The notes beneath the pieces were generated by a model that searched no databases, was not told the origin of the DNA, and saw nothing but the letters and a program-made list of their open reading frames with translations. From Lama glama (lineage: Eukaryota), in contig CM052817.1 of assembly GCA_028534125.1 (NCBI GenBank), forward strand, positions 89,654,001 through 89,718,000: a stretch of 64,000 nucleotides of DNA, in the 5' to 3' direction. A program made the position numbers and the translations under genes. Below are positions 1 to 13,829 of the stretch, piece by piece. Position 1 is the first letter of the stretch. Every line of letters begins with the position of its first letter.

Positions 1-869
1 AGTCTTTTTGACTACACATTATATTGCCTTTTATTATCTTAGGCTTGAGCTTGAAAACAGCCTATCATTTGTAGGGGTGAATTGTTGAAGAATATCCTAA
101 ATGATTCCCTGAGGGAGAAATTATAACTGTTTAAGGAGGATAAGTAAGAATAGAAAAAAATATAGAAAAAATGTCATGGGACACAGTAAATTCAACATTG
201 CCTACATGGGTGTTGGGAGATCACTGTGGGGAAACTGTAGACACAGATTGGCAGAATTATTGATTGAAGACATTAGTTTTTGAATAGAAATGTTGAATTT
301 GGGTTGAGATGCCCAAAGGCCAGCCCATTTTCTTGGCAAGCCCTTCACTCTTCCTGCAGTTTGAGCATAACACCTTCTAAATTCATATACTCTTTCACTT
401 ACCACTGAGTGGCAGCTCTCATTTTTAACCTCTCTAAGCAAGCAACCTGCAGTCATCAGTAAAACATAAGTATAAAGTTCCTCTCAATTCTTAAGGCATT
501 TGTTTTCCCATCAGGCAAGCAAGGCTTCTCCCAATTCCTGTCTGCAAACGTGGAAGTGGAGTAGCTCCAAGAACTTTTCTGATCATAATTGCCTCACAAA
601 GCGATCAGCACATCAGTGCTAAGTGGCACGCCATCTTAAACATGCCACTGTAAAGGTTGCTTTCTGTAGGAAGGAAGTAGTGCTGCTGGATTTGAAATGG
701 GAAAGGAAAACAATTCTCACAGATCATCCTGCCACTTTTCTCTATATATGTAGTTATACTGTATGGTTATTATTTGTGCCTCTTTTCTCTTTTTTTGGAA
801 CTTACAAATTTCTTTTAGGCAAAAAAACAGAAAACAAAAAACTCTCCTCACTGTCTTCCCATGTGACTC

Positions 870-1311
870 AGATAACGCTGGGTGTAGAAGGGGAAATTGA
901 ACCAAGACAAAGCCAAACAATATAATTCCAATCCCTGGCCACACCCATTCATTCTGGGATAAGTATATAATCTAAATTGGTTTAATTAATATTAACATTT
1001 AGACAAATATGGGCACTGACTAAAAACATACTCCTTTTTTTGTTGTTCCTGATCTGAGGCATGGGTAATGTAGTGGTATTTTTGTTGGCAATCATTACAC
1101 TGAGCTACGAATAAAACCATCTTAGAGTAGAGGGGTAAACAGAAAAGATGGAAAAAGACAGAGATCTGGTGATATTATGACTTCATGTTCATATTCCACC
1201 TGAAGCTAATTCTATTTCTATGTTCTTCACTAATGTGAACAAATTCCCTCTCAAGCCAGGTTTAGTTAAGTTTTCTTATTCCTTTCTATGGAAACCATCC
1301 TAAAAGATACA
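870..1311 (+). mobile_element. Old MaLR LTR (MLT1K/L-like), degenerate
   Basis: MLT1-like 3' end (cctgaagcta...aaattccctctcaagccaggtttagttaagttttctt...catcctaaaagataca); recalled consensus, 5' boundary approximate. Confidence 0.55.
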
Positions 1312-2189
1312 TTAACTTATCCTATATTAGGCATGAAATGGAAAATAAAACCATGAGCCTGAAGTGAGGAAATGCTTAGCTAGTATTATAAAGTTCATGA
1401 AGATACACATAGAGAAATTCTTTTTGAGGTTGTACTCAGTCATGAATCTGCCCTTTCACTTAAAGGCCATTATGGCTTTTAGCACCCACTGCCCAAATTT
1501 TATCACAGGATATATCAGACAGCACTTTCAAGAGAGTTTCTTACAGGCATAAAATGTGGTTGTAATCATCATTTTGTAGAGTAAAATGCAACTTAGCAAA
1601 ACACAAATTCTAGCATCTTGTGAAGCTGGGTTACAGTTATATACATAAACAATTAATGATGACTCACTACATAAAGTTTGAACTTTGAGAAATTGCAGAG
1701 ACACTGAAAACTGTCTTTGTGATTAAGGATCTGAACCTGCAAGCTCTTCTAACTGCATGAAAGAAGTCTCAGCAAAATTAGAAGGATCAAATATTTTCCA
1801 TTTCCTTCACAGATGAAAGAAAAACATTTATTACTTTGAGTTATATAAAAATAAAGTGTCCTTACATGTATTTTTCTGTTAAGTAAGTCTCATATGACAC
1901 CCAAACTTCAGAGAATATTATTCAGTCCTGTGTAACTAAACTTTTAACCATGGATTGATTGTCTTAATATTTTGTCAAGGTAATAACATTTAATTTGGAA
2001 TCTCTGATTTCTCAAAGGCACATATCTCTGAGATTATTCTTTGGTCAGATAGGGTTGGAATATCTATCTGCTCTATACATGAAAGAAACAAACAAAAACA
2101 CTGTCAGATTTCCTATTTAAATGAAGAGTCTGGGAGTCTTGTTCCATTTAAATGAACCAAGACAAAATATGTGACCTCTCAAAGCAGCA

Positions 2190-2302
2190 GTTAGGAGGTT
2201 TTAGATTAAGAAATATTTAGATTTGGATTTTATCTCTGCTTCTATATGATTTTGGGTGAATGAATTAACCTCTATGAGTCTTAATTTTCTCATCTATAAA
2301 AT
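2190..2302 (+). mobile_element. MIR SINE fragment
   Basis: MIR core-like tgattttgggtgaatgaattaacctctatgagtcttaattttctcatctataaaat. Confidence 0.65.
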
Positions 2303-2319
2303 TCATTTGGTTTTATGAC

Positions 2320-3735
2320 TCATTTCAAAGAACCAGGTTTTGTTACAATGAGTTTGTCTATTTTCTTTGGTTTCTGTATCATTGATTTTTGCTTTATTCT
2401 TTGTGGTTTCTTCTGTTTGCTTTGATTTTCATTTGCTTATTTATTTATTTATTTAGATAACTGTTTTATACTTTAGTTTAAAATAAAACTGAAATGCTAT
2501 AAATTTCACTTTAAGCATTAATTTAGTTGGATTACACAAACATTTGATATGGTCTATTTTCATTTTCAATTAGTTCAAATTTTGTCCCTTTAATATCCCT
2601 TCAGATTTGCTCTTAACCCATAGGGCATTTAGAAGTGTATTGGTTAATACCCAAATATTCGAGAATTTCCAAATAACCTTGTTATTAATTCTAAGATTAA
2701 TTCTATTATGTCAGAAAATTACCTTTTACTGCTTCTATTCTTTTTGTGTGTATGGCTTGTTTTATATCCAAGAATGCTCTGCCTTGGTCAAGAGTTCCAC
2801 ATGTACTTAAAAAGAATGTATATTGGGCTGATATTAAGTAAGTGTTTCATAAATGCCAATTGTTTCATTCAATGTGTTATTCAGTTCTTTAAAATCCTTA
2901 CTGACTGTCTTGCTGCTAGTTCTGTCAATTACAGATAAAGGAGTGTTGTAGTCTCCAGCTGTCATTGTAAATTTGTCTACTTCTCCTTTCAGTTCTATCA
3001 GTTTTTGCTTCATATAATTTACAGCTCTGTCATTAGATATATGCACATATAAATCTGTCATGTCTTCTTGGAGAATTCACACTTTAATCATTATGTAATG
3101 CCCCTCTTTATTCCTGGTAACATTTCTTGCTCTGAATCTATTCTATCAGATATTAGTATTCATAATTAGCTTTTTTTATGATTAGTGATTAGCATAGTAT
3201 AATGTTTTTCTTTCTTTTCCTTTTAACATTCTTATGCCCACATATTTAAAAAGGGTTTCTTATAGATAGCTTGTAATTGTTCTTTCTTTGCTTATTCAAC
3301 CTATCAATATTTGTTGCTTATTATCTTTTAACTATCTGTATTTAATGTGATTATTAATATAGTTAGATTAAAATCTATCATATTCCCAGATGTTTTCTGT
3401 TTGTTGCATTTGTATCCAGGTTTCCCCCACTCCATTTATGCTTTCTCTAGGTTAATTGAATATTTTACAAAGTTACATTTTATCTACATTACTGACCTAC
3501 TATGTATAGCTATTTTAATTTTTTAATGGTTGCCCAGGTTTAAAATATATTTTCTTATTCAATCAGCCTGTTTTCAAACAATATCATACCATTTCATGTG
3601 TAGTGTAAATACTTTACAACTGTATATTCTCAATTACTCCTATCTTATCCTCTGTACTATTATTGTCATATATTTTATTTTTACACATTCTGCAAATACA
3701 TAATACGTTACTATTAGTTTTTCTTCAGTCAGTTA
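2320..3735 (-). mobile_element. Old L1 fragment covering the ORF2 endonuclease region
   Basis: ORF 2834-3061(-) YMKQKLIELKGEVDKFTMTAGDYNTPLSVIDR matches the L1 EN motif GDFNTPLS; T-rich plus strand. Confidence 0.85.
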
Positions 3736-3989
3736 TTGCTTTACTTTGATTTTGTTCACAGTTTTCACTATCTATCTTGTTTCATAGATAGAAATTTTAA
3801 TGAATTTTTTGCACTATCAGAATTAGAAAAAAAAAAGCATCACTATGACAAGAATATACATTTTCAATGTCAAGAAACCGAACTTCAATGTTAAATGAGG
3901 ACTAGTAAGCCATGGACACAACTGAGCTAACAAACTGTTTTAGTCTTTAGTTATTGTTATTTTATTGTCAGTTTTTCTAAGCTAATTTT

Positions 3990-4407
3990 TATTGATTAGG
4001 TTACCTGGGAAACAAGCAATGAAATAAAAATGTATAGGGAGTTTTCAGGAATAATTATCTGTAGAAATTAAAAGAAAAATGGAACTAGGCCAAAAAAGAA
4101 ATTAAATCATGATATAGTTGCAACAGAGGATCTCAAGAAGAGCTCTCAAGCTGCTGAAGTCCTTCAGAAATGCCCCAAATTGAGGAAAAGTACTATGATT
4201 TTGTAGCCCTGTTTTAACTGCAGTGGATACAAGTTTCTCCCCATTGCGGCAGTGTAAAAGTGTCTGAAGCAGCCTCCTAAGACTGAGGGAGATTCCTGGG
4301 GAGTTACATTTCTATGAGACATAAGCAGTCATCACCCCTAGCAGCTGGAGTAATGGGTGTTCCCACTCTGAAAGAGGATTCAGCAGTACACCATAATCTC
4401 CACTACA
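3990..4407 (-). mobile_element. ERVL LTR (LTR16-like), 3' LTR of a decayed provirus
   Basis: Minus strand starts tgtagtggagattatggtgt at 4407; similar to the second LTR copy at 8141-8447. Confidence 0.7.
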
Positions 4408-4660
4408 GTCTATCCCCTGCACCACTTAGATCCATTTGCTTCCTGTAATAAGTTTACTTCATCTGGAAACAGATCCTCCAGGTCTCTTTTCCTGGGGCAA
4501 AAAATGTAATTGAGATCGACACAAGCCTTTCTCCTCTGACTTCAGCCGGTCTTAGGGCCACAAATAATACTCATTGTCTTCCTCCTCTACTACTCTTTCT
4601 AGAGTCCCCTTAACTTCAACTACCACTTCCACTGGTTACGAGATATTATCTGGTGGGGTA

Positions 4661-5322
4661 ATAATCTCAACAAGCTAAATACAGAATTTCCATATAATCC
4701 ACTCTTTTTGTAGATATTGAAACAAATTGAAAACAGGGACTCAAATAGATATTTGAACACTAATGTCCATTGCAGCATTATTCCCAATGACCAAAAGATG
4801 AAAACAACCCAAGTGCCTTTTAATTGATTAATAGATTAAAAAAATATGGTATATACATAGATCTTAATAATACTAAGCTATTAAAAAGGGATGCAACAAC
4901 ATCAATGAACTCTGAAAACATTATTCTAAGTGAAATAAGCCAGACAAAAAAGGACACACACTATATGATTACAATTATATGAAATTTTCTGGCAAATTCA
5001 GAGATAGAAAGTAGATTAGATGGGGACAATGGGTATGAGGGGAGGTAGGAGTGGAAATTATTGTTTAATGGCTTAACAGAATTTTAAGAGGGAGGGTAAT
5101 AAAAAAGTTTTTGAAATAGATAGTTGTGGGGATTATACGACATTGTGAATGACACTGAATTTAATCTACCAATGGTTAAAATGACAAATTTTAATGTTAT
5201 ATATATGTATAAATACATATAATTACAATTAGAAATAATAACCTTTCAATTACACCATTTAATGGATGAATTGTATGGTTATTATATCTCAATTACATCT
5301 CAATAAAGTTATTTTAAAAATT
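4661..5322 (+). mobile_element. L1 3' end (L1MA/MB-like) nested in the ERVL
   Basis: aaacaacccaagtgcc, ttattctaagtgaaataagccagaca, and terminal atctcaataaagttattttaaaaa. Confidence 0.85.
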
Positions 5323-6287
5323 GTACAGAGGAATTCTAACCTCATGACGCAAAAGATGACCTGGGTGTCAAACATACTTTTTTCTTTAAACTATCAGTTA
5401 ACAGCAACCTCACCTCATTTCAATGATCAAATCAATTATCTCTTCCAGGATAGTGACTCCTTTCTTCCCTGATGGTCTTTAGCATAGGAGACTGATGTGA
5501 TGTGGTAGCCATAACTTATAATTTAACAGAACTCTGACTACGGACCCTGGTAGAAGTGGAACCTAGAGGGAACCTAGACTTCCAGATCTGAAGGGATTAG
5601 AGTTGCAGGGATGGAAAGCACACATTCCTAAAGTGAATCACTGGCAGTGATGGTAAGCAGAGCCACTGCTACTTCCATCTCTTGTTTCTAAAGCTTATTT
5701 ATTCTATTTAATGAGGACAGACACCATATAATGACATTGATTTATTGTGTATACTGCTCCTAATGGTATCTCATCTGAACAGGGTATCATCTCCAACCTA
5801 GCTCTTCACCTGTGCCTCCATTTTTCTCTTGCTGCATATCCTTCCCTCTCGATCCCCTTGTTATAATGTAATGTTATGCAGAATACCTTGTTGGTGGATC
5901 AAAAACTTTGTAAGTCCTAGAATACTAGCACAAACTGCGGCTCTGTAGAAAGGAAAGGAAAATCTTTGTAAAGAGTAAGTTAATTACAGTCACAATGAAT
6001 TATTGTCCCTTTCAGGATATAAGTAGATCTCTGTAGTCAACTTGGCATTAAGTGTCTAGTTAGTCTTTTCAAGGTGTGGTACTGGATCGATCAGTGGTTT
6101 AGTAGCTAGATAAACAATTAGAAATAGCAGTAACTAGTCTTGGTGCTCAGAATCCCAAGCCATTCATGGAACCATTGTGCTAATTCTGCTAGGGCTCCTA
6201 AAAAAGTCTGAGCTTTCACTGGCTGAAACATTCTTTCTAGTTGATTGTTTAGTGTATCTTCCACAGTGGATATCTCTGGTACCTGTC

Positions 6288-6632
6288 TGTGATGGTTAAT
6301 TGTATCAGTTTGGCTAGACAACAGAGCCTAGATATGTATATTTTTCGATGGATGAGATTAACATTTAAATCAATGGATTTTGAGTAAAGCAGATTACCCT
6401 CCCCAACGTGGGCAGGTCTCATCAAATCAGCTGATGGCCTTCACTCCCGAACTGGAGCATTGACTCATCTTTGGTCTCTAAGCTCCTGGCCTATTCTGCA
6501 GATTTTTGAGCTTGTCAGCCTCCTTAATCATATAAACCAATTCCTTTATGTATATAATACATGCACATACATATATACATACACACATACACTCTACTGG
6601 TTTCAGTTCTCTGAAGAACCCTACTTAATATG
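6288..6632 (+). mobile_element. MLT2 (ERVL) solo LTR, internally deleted, nested in the ERVL
   Basis: Starts tgtgatggttaat; contains gatgagattaacatttaaatc...gagtaaagcagattaccctcc; ends gttctctgaagaaccctacttaata. Confidence 0.85.
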
Positions 6633-6722
6633 GTATTACAATGTAACATGGAGATCTTCACTCTTTGTGCTTAATTCCCTTGGTGATCCATGTATTTTAG
6701 TCTAGACATTTATTGTTCTCCC

Positions 6723-6876
6723 TTTTTTTCTTCTTCTTCTTTTTTTTTTTTCTTGTGAGGTGGGGGAAAGGAAATTAGGTTATTTATTTATTTTAATGGA
6801 GGTACTGGGAATTGAACCCAGGATCTTATGCATGCTAAGTGTGCACTCTACCATTGAGCTATACCCACCCTGCCCC
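6723..6876 (-). mobile_element. tRNA-Ala-derived SINE (Vic-1-like)
   Basis: Reverse complement reads gggtatagctcaatggtagagtgcacacttagcatgcataagatcctgggttcaattcccagtacctcca, then aaataaataacctaattt and an A-rich tail; A and B boxes visible. Confidence 0.9.
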
Positions 6877-8140
6877 GCAGTACTTGATCTTCTAATCTTT
6901 CTGCTTCCAGGCCTCTAAAAAACAAGCCAAGTCATTATCCACTGTCAGTGAGTTCATATGTATTTTCACCATACTTTTCTTCATACGAAGTCAGTGACCA
7001 GGCACAGTACATGAAACTGCCTATCTGGAGGATTTCTCCTTTTTACTGTCACTCAGGATCATCTCTTAAAAATCAAAGTGGTTTACCAGGCATGGTGCTT
7101 ACTTAATGGTGGGAAGTGCGAGATACAACAATTTGTTTCTATGTTTGAGGTGAGGTACCAGAACATCTCAAATCACTAGACTACTAAAAACTTTATTAAT
7201 GTAGTGGGTCCCTGAAACATTGCAGAGTTTATGTCTCACACTCTGAAGTGCATGGGACTCAACAGGACCTTCTTACACTATAGAACTAGTCCATGTTCAT
7301 TTTGCACCCTTAAGCCAAAATATCTGTGACATTTCCCTTAGCCTTTTACCTTTAACATTAACTGTTCATGATGGACTTCCCTGTAGCCAGAGGGGTAAGC
7401 TAAGGATAGATGCTGGTGTAATCATGGTGGAGAAACTGAAAGTCTGAGACATCTTATGCAAATTAATTATACCCCTAATCTTATTGTATCCAATATCAAA
7501 TATATTCCTTCAGTTTTGGATTAAATAGCTGTTGGTTCTGGGAACTAAGTGATTTGGCGGGTCTCATAGAACTCAGTTTAGGAAGGCTGCATGGTTACTT
7601 GGGTTTCATGGTCAGTATTTTTCTCATGTCTAGATGTATAAGCACCATTTGTATGAGCATCATCTGTAAATGGTATATAATTCTCTGCTGTATAAGAATG
7701 TTTTTCTACCACAAATGTCTCTAATTCCTCAGTGTCTATTGGTTTGGATGGCCCAGCAACAGGACAACTTGCATTGCAGCCTGAATCTGCCGCACAGCCA
7801 TTCCTTATCTGGACCCCACTCAAAGATGGCAGTTTTCCACTTTAATCAATGGATAGGAGTAGTATTGCCAAGTATCTGCTAGGGAATCATACTTACATCT
7901 ATATGGTCAGAAATTTTAAGTCATAATTTTTTTTTGTATTAAAGGACATGTACCAGAACACACCAGATAACTGGATCTCTAAAAATATTCATGGATGGGT
8001 TCAGTTCCTGAAATATCATAGAGTTTATGTCTCACACTTTGGAATGTATGTGTCCTGCCAAAGCCTCCCTTACATAGCTATGTCTTGTTCACCATTAGTT
8101 TAATTAATGTAATATTATCGACATTGTTTATCAATCTTAT

Positions 8141-8447
8141 AAGGGAATAAAAGAAGTACTATTGAGCAGAGAGGAGGTTTGAACTGAGATGTGGTTGCAG
8201 TGGGGCCTCAGTTCACCTCTTAGGAAAACCTAAAACCGAGATGATTCTTCCGAACTATCATCACTTGAGGTAAGGGGGCTGGAGCATCATATAAGTTAAT
8301 CAGTTATTAGAAATAAGCCGTTCCCAGGACATGGGTATAATATTTGGAGAAAGCAATTTCTGGAGATGACCTTAGTTTTGACCCTTCAGCAGTCAAAACT
8401 CCTAGAAGTTGGAGGAATCTGGGAGACACACCACAGCATCTATTACA
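8141..8447 (-). mobile_element. ERVL LTR (LTR16-like), 5' LTR, truncated
   Basis: Minus strand starts tgtaatagatgctgtggtgtgtctccc; same orientation and motifs as 3990-4407. Confidence 0.7.
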
Positions 8448-9727
8448 ACAATGACCATTAACCTAATAATTATATTATTCCAAATAGCAAATGCACATAC
8501 TAATTTAAAAAAAAATCACAGGTTCACTTGTGTGGTATATAAATTGCTCTAGATTGATACTTTTCAAGGTTGGAAATATTTTGCATGTTCCATTTTAATT
8601 ACAGACATTCTAATAGTAATATGTAACAAGTGACTATTTGTAAGCAGTAATTGCTCATTATTTTATATAAGGAGTCATCTGGCTCCTAGAAGAAATTATT
8701 ACACTCATATGTATAGATTTCATTGTCTCACAATACTCCTAGCACCTCTGCCTAACTTGCAAACACAATTAAAATCCTCTTGAATAGAAATAACGCTTGT
8801 AACTCAATTCATTGTAAAAGCAATTTATTACTTTATTTATGAATGATATTAAATTAAGAACTTAATTTTCTAAACTTAAGAAGTTCTTTGGACATTGAGA
8901 ATATATAGCTCAATGAAATATTTATGGAGGCTAATCCCTTTCATGGCATATTGTTTCAAATAATAATTTTTCAGATTAACCTACTTTGAACAATGTACTC
9001 TTAACAAAACATATGTGATGAACAAGCTGCATTGGATTTACATTTGATTAAAGATGATGGACTCTTGCTAATAAATTATTTAAAAAACATCAGGTTCAGA
9101 GAAGAGTATGAGATATTATTTAGTGAACATCAATTATGTGACATAACTACATCATCACAGGAAAAGCTTAAGACATTTTAAGGGGCAATTTAATTTTTAA
9201 ATCTTAAGTATTCAAAAAATTAATTCATGTTTAAGCATATCCTTATTCTAAAATATAACAGCTGTGAAAATATTTTCCTATCAACCAATCTTATATTCTC
9301 ATTCTATTGAACAAGCTACAGATGGCAATCTTACTACAGTATGAATAGTATATGGAATAATATGACATTAATTAAAGCTATATAATAAGTTTGGCAGTAA
9401 GTTGGCTCCATGAAGTCCACTGAGCCATTTCTCTCTAAATTTAGCAGATTAGTCTTGAGGTGGGCAGTTAATGCTAGGAACAACACAAATGTTTTTCTTT
9501 TTCAATGTCTGTGAGAATGTCATGATTCTGAGTGTCAGAGTTATTCTTTAGGCAAGTGGTTCTCACTATAATCTGGAAAATCACCAATCAGTGACAAGGT
9601 TTTTGTCAAGTCACAGAGAATTAAGGGGAATATATAGAATAGTTACATAATTTAAATTTATTCTTCAATTTAAAAAAATTCTGAAGTTATATCCTCTTAC
9701 ATGTTTTGGTACTAAAATGTTGTTTTA

Positions 9728-12555
9728 CATATAGTACACTAAAACTGAATCAAGAAGAAATAGATAATTTAAACAGAAGTAATTTGATCTGATTGAATGA
9801 TAATTTTATCACTAGAAGTAAACTGAATCAGTAATTTAAGAAAACTCCCTGCAAACAAAAGTCCAGGACCAAATAGCATCACTGGGGAATTCTACCAAAC
9901 ATATAAAAGAGAATTTATACCAATTCTTCTCAAATTATTCCAAAACATTGAAAAGGAGGGGACACTCTCAAACTCACTCTATGAAGCCACCATCACCCTG
10001 ATACCTAAATCAGACAAAGACACAACCAAAAAAAAAATTACAGGCCAGTATCTTTGATGAACATAGATATAAAAATTCTCCACAAAATATTAGCAAGCTT
10101 AATTCACAACACATAAAAAGATCATACATCTTCATCCCAGGGACACAAAGATGGTTCAATACATGCAACTCAATCAATGTGATACACCAAATCAAGAGAA
10201 AGGACAAAAATCACATCATCACCTGAATAGATGCAGAAAAAGCATTTGATAAAATTCAACATCCATTCATGATAAAAACTTTTACAAAAATGGGTATAGA
10301 GCGAACATATCTCAACATAATAAAAGTTATCTATGACAAACCCGCAGCCAACATAATACTCAATGGTAAAAAGTTGAAAGCCTTCCCACTAAAATCTGGA
10401 ACAAGACAAGAATGACTACTCTCACCACTTCTGTTCAACATGGTATTGGAAGTCCTAGTGACAGCAATCAGACAAGAAACAGAAATAAAATGAATCCAAA
10501 TTGGAAAAGAAGAAGTAAAATTGTCACTATATGTAGATGACATGATACTGTATAGAGAAAACCTTAAAGACTCCACACAGAAACTATTAGAGCTGATAAA
10601 CAAATTCAGCAAGGTAGCAGGATACCAGATTAATATAGAGAAATCTGTTGTGTTTCTTTACTAACAATGAAAGATAAGAAAAGGAAAATTTTTTAAAAAA
10701 CCCTTTTAAAATCACATCCAAAAAAATTATATTTAGGAATAAACCTGACCAAGAAGATGAAAGACTTATATGTGGAGAACCATAAAACACTGATTACAGA
10801 AATTAAAGATGATTTAAAGAAATGGAAAGATACCCCATGTTCTTGGATTGGAAGAATTAATATTGTTAAAACATACTACTCAGAGCAATCTATAGATTTC
10901 ATGCAATCCTTATCAAATTACCCATGACATTTTTCAGAGAATTAGAATAAATAATCCTAAAATTTATATGGAATACAAAAGACCCAGAATTGCCAAAGCA
11001 ATGCTGAAGAAAATGAATGAAGCTGGAGGCACAACCCTCCCAGACTTCAGACAATACTACAGATCCACAGTAATCAAAACAGCATGGTACTGGCACAAAA
11101 ACAGATGTATGGATCAATGGAACAGAACAGACAGCCCAGAAATAAACCCACACATCTATGGTCAATTAGTCTTCAACAAAGGAGGCAAGGATATACAGTG
11201 GAGAAAAGAGTCTCTTCACTAAGCAGTGTTGGGAAAACTGGACAGCCACATATAAATCAATAAAGTTAGAACACACCCTCATATGATACACAAAAATAAA
11301 CTCAAAATGGCTTAAAGACTTAAACATAAGACAAGACACTAAAAATCTTCTAGAAGAGAATACAGGTAAAACATTCTCTGACATAAACCTTAGCAATGTT
11401 CTCCTAAGGCAATCTACCAAGGCAATAGAAATAAAAGCAAAAATAAACAAATGGGATCTAATTAAACTTATATGCTTATGCACAGCAAAGGAAACTATAA
11501 AGAAAATGAAAAGACAACTTATGAAATGGCAGAAAATATTTGCAAACTATGTGACTGACAAGGGCTTAATTTCTAAGATATACAAACAGCTCATTCAATA
11601 ACAAAAAAATCAAACAACCCAATCCAAAAATGAGAAGAAGACCTCAACAAATATTTCTCTAATAAAGACATACAGATGGTCAATAGACACATGGTGAAAT
11701 GTTCAATATGGCTAATTATTAGAGAACTGTAAATCAAAACTACAATGAGGTATTACCTCACACCAGTCAGAATGGCCATGATTTAAAAGTCCACAAATGA
11801 TAAATGTTAGAGAGGGTGTGGAGAAAAGGGAACTCTCCTACACTGTTGATGGGAATATAGTTTGGTGCAGCCATTATGGAAAACAATATGGAGAGCCCTC
11901 AAAAGACTAAAAATAGACTTACCATATGATCTAGCAACCCCACTGCTGGGCATGTACTTGAAGGAAGTTCTAATTTGAAAAAATACATGCACCCCAATGT
12001 TCATAGCAGCATTATTCACAGTAGCCAAGACATGGAAGCAACCTAAATGTCCACTGAAGGATGACTGAATAAAGAAGTTGTGATATATAGCTGCAATGGA
12101 ATACTATTCAGCCATAAAAAGTAATAAAATAATACATTTGGAGCAACATGGATGGACCTGGAGATTGTCATTCTAAGTGAAATAAGCCAGAAAGAGAAAG
12201 AAAAATACCATATGATATCACTCTTACGTGGAATCGAAAAAAATGACACAAATGAATTTATTTACAGATTAGAAACATAGAGACACAGAAAACAAACTTC
12301 TGGTTACCAGCAGGGAATGAGGGGATGGGTGGAGGGATAAATTGGGAGTTTGGGATGTGCAGATACTAACTACTATACATAAAACAAACAAATAAATTGT
12401 CCTACTACATAGCACAGAGAACTATATTCAATACCTTATAATAGCCTATAATGAGGAATATATATAAAGAATATACTTATATACATATATATATAAACTT
12501 AATCACTATCTGTACACCAGAAATTAACACATTGTAAACCAAATACTCTTCAATA
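9728..12555 (+). mobile_element. 5'-truncated L1 (ORF2 RT to C-terminus, plus 3'UTR), inactive
   Basis: ORF 10968-11222 KRPRIAKAMLKK...LPDFRQYYRSTVIKTAWYW; tatgtagatgacatg (YVDDM) near 10530; ends caataaaa; flanking repeat aaaatg(t/c)tgtttta at 9714-9727 and 12556-12569; premature stops. Confidence 0.95.
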
Positions 12556-13829
12556 AAAATGCTGTTTTATTTATGAACAGAAGATGTTGGAGGTTAAATT
12601 AAAAATAAGCCATTGTGTATGTCATTCCCTATGTGTTTTTGTTATTGTTGTTGTTTATGACAACTATTTGCCTCTCACTCCAAGTGTACCAGAAAGCCAC
12701 ATTTTTGCAGGGCATTTAGGGAAGATTTATGTCATAGCAGACAGAGAACTGTTGAAAAGGAACAAATTCTGAATTAGTCAGAAGAGTGGAAGAGAGAAAT
12801 AAGATGAAATGATATTGCACAGTAAGCATAATGACAATCTTAGAAAAAATTTTTCTACCCAAGATTCCAAACAAAGTGACTCTGAGGAAAGCAAAGGTTA
12901 AAAGATAGCTGTTGTACTTGTAGAATTCTGAAAAACATGAATATGATAAAGATACTACTACCAACTTAAAACACAATCATGTTAGTAAGCAAAGACTTCT
13001 GGAAAAATTAATTTACAAAGCTTCAATTACTAAAACCAGTAGACAGGAAAGACTAAGTTCTATCTAATCTAGGTATATGATTATTTATTTAAGAACAGAA
13101 TACCAACACATTGATGACAAGTATCAAGGCCAGAGGTACCAATCAAGAATTTAAGTGAACCAGAGAATGCATGAGTGACCACTGGGCCTTGAAACATTTT
13201 GTCAGGATCATAACTATCCCCTTATATGTACTGAAAACGAGTTTAAACCATCTCCTATCATGTACCTCAGTATAACAATCCACTGCATATCCACCTGAAT
13301 TTCCTATATATAAATATGATGAATAAAAAATGTACAGTTAGGAATTAAGAATTCAGTTCAATCATTCAGAACAGATTTTTTAAGCTTCATAATATCATGA
13401 CAAAAAAGGGGGAAAAAACCTTGATATTTCTATATGTATAGAAATCTGACTGGGTCACACAAAAATCCAGGAATAAAAAGACAAATTAGAACAACACCCA
13501 AGGTACAGATATCTATCTATTCCCTCCACTGCCCCAAATTTAAGTTTGAGGAAAGACCATTCCTGACAAGCAGTGTCCCAGCTCTCCCCACTTTCTTGAG
13601 CTCCCTAGTTCACTTTCACTTCTTACTCTTTTGCCTCCTCAGAATATGAATCGTTACTGTTCCCCTGTGTCCCTGCTTCTCCTCTTGAAAGTCAAAACTC
13701 TGGCTTGCTCTTTTCCCCTACATCAGCCTCTTACAGTCCCAACAGCAAAATATTCCATACAGGGCCCTGCTGAAGTACCCTCTGGGATGCCTGATTCATT
13801 GCTTCAAGAGTCTATGGACTTGGTATTAT

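Larger units (their letters stand above)
4408..8140 (-). mobile_element. ERVL internal region (ERV3-16A3/ERVL-like pol remnants: RT, RNase H, integrase start), interrupted by an L1, an MLT2 and a SINE
   Basis: Minus-strand translation: NVDNITLI near 8101-8125 (decayed YIDDIMLI); tttgagtggggtcca (FEWGP) near 7810-7825; ORF 6118-6321 EDTLNNQLERM...LAQWFHE resembles ERVL EDFNNQVDRM...AQWAHE; many stops and frameshifts. Confidence 0.8.

Noticed and set aside
623..944. Hydrophobic ORFs 623-925(+) and 717-944(-) as membrane microproteins
   Set aside because: They have non-ATG starts, T/A-run composition bias and partial overlap with an MLT1 relic
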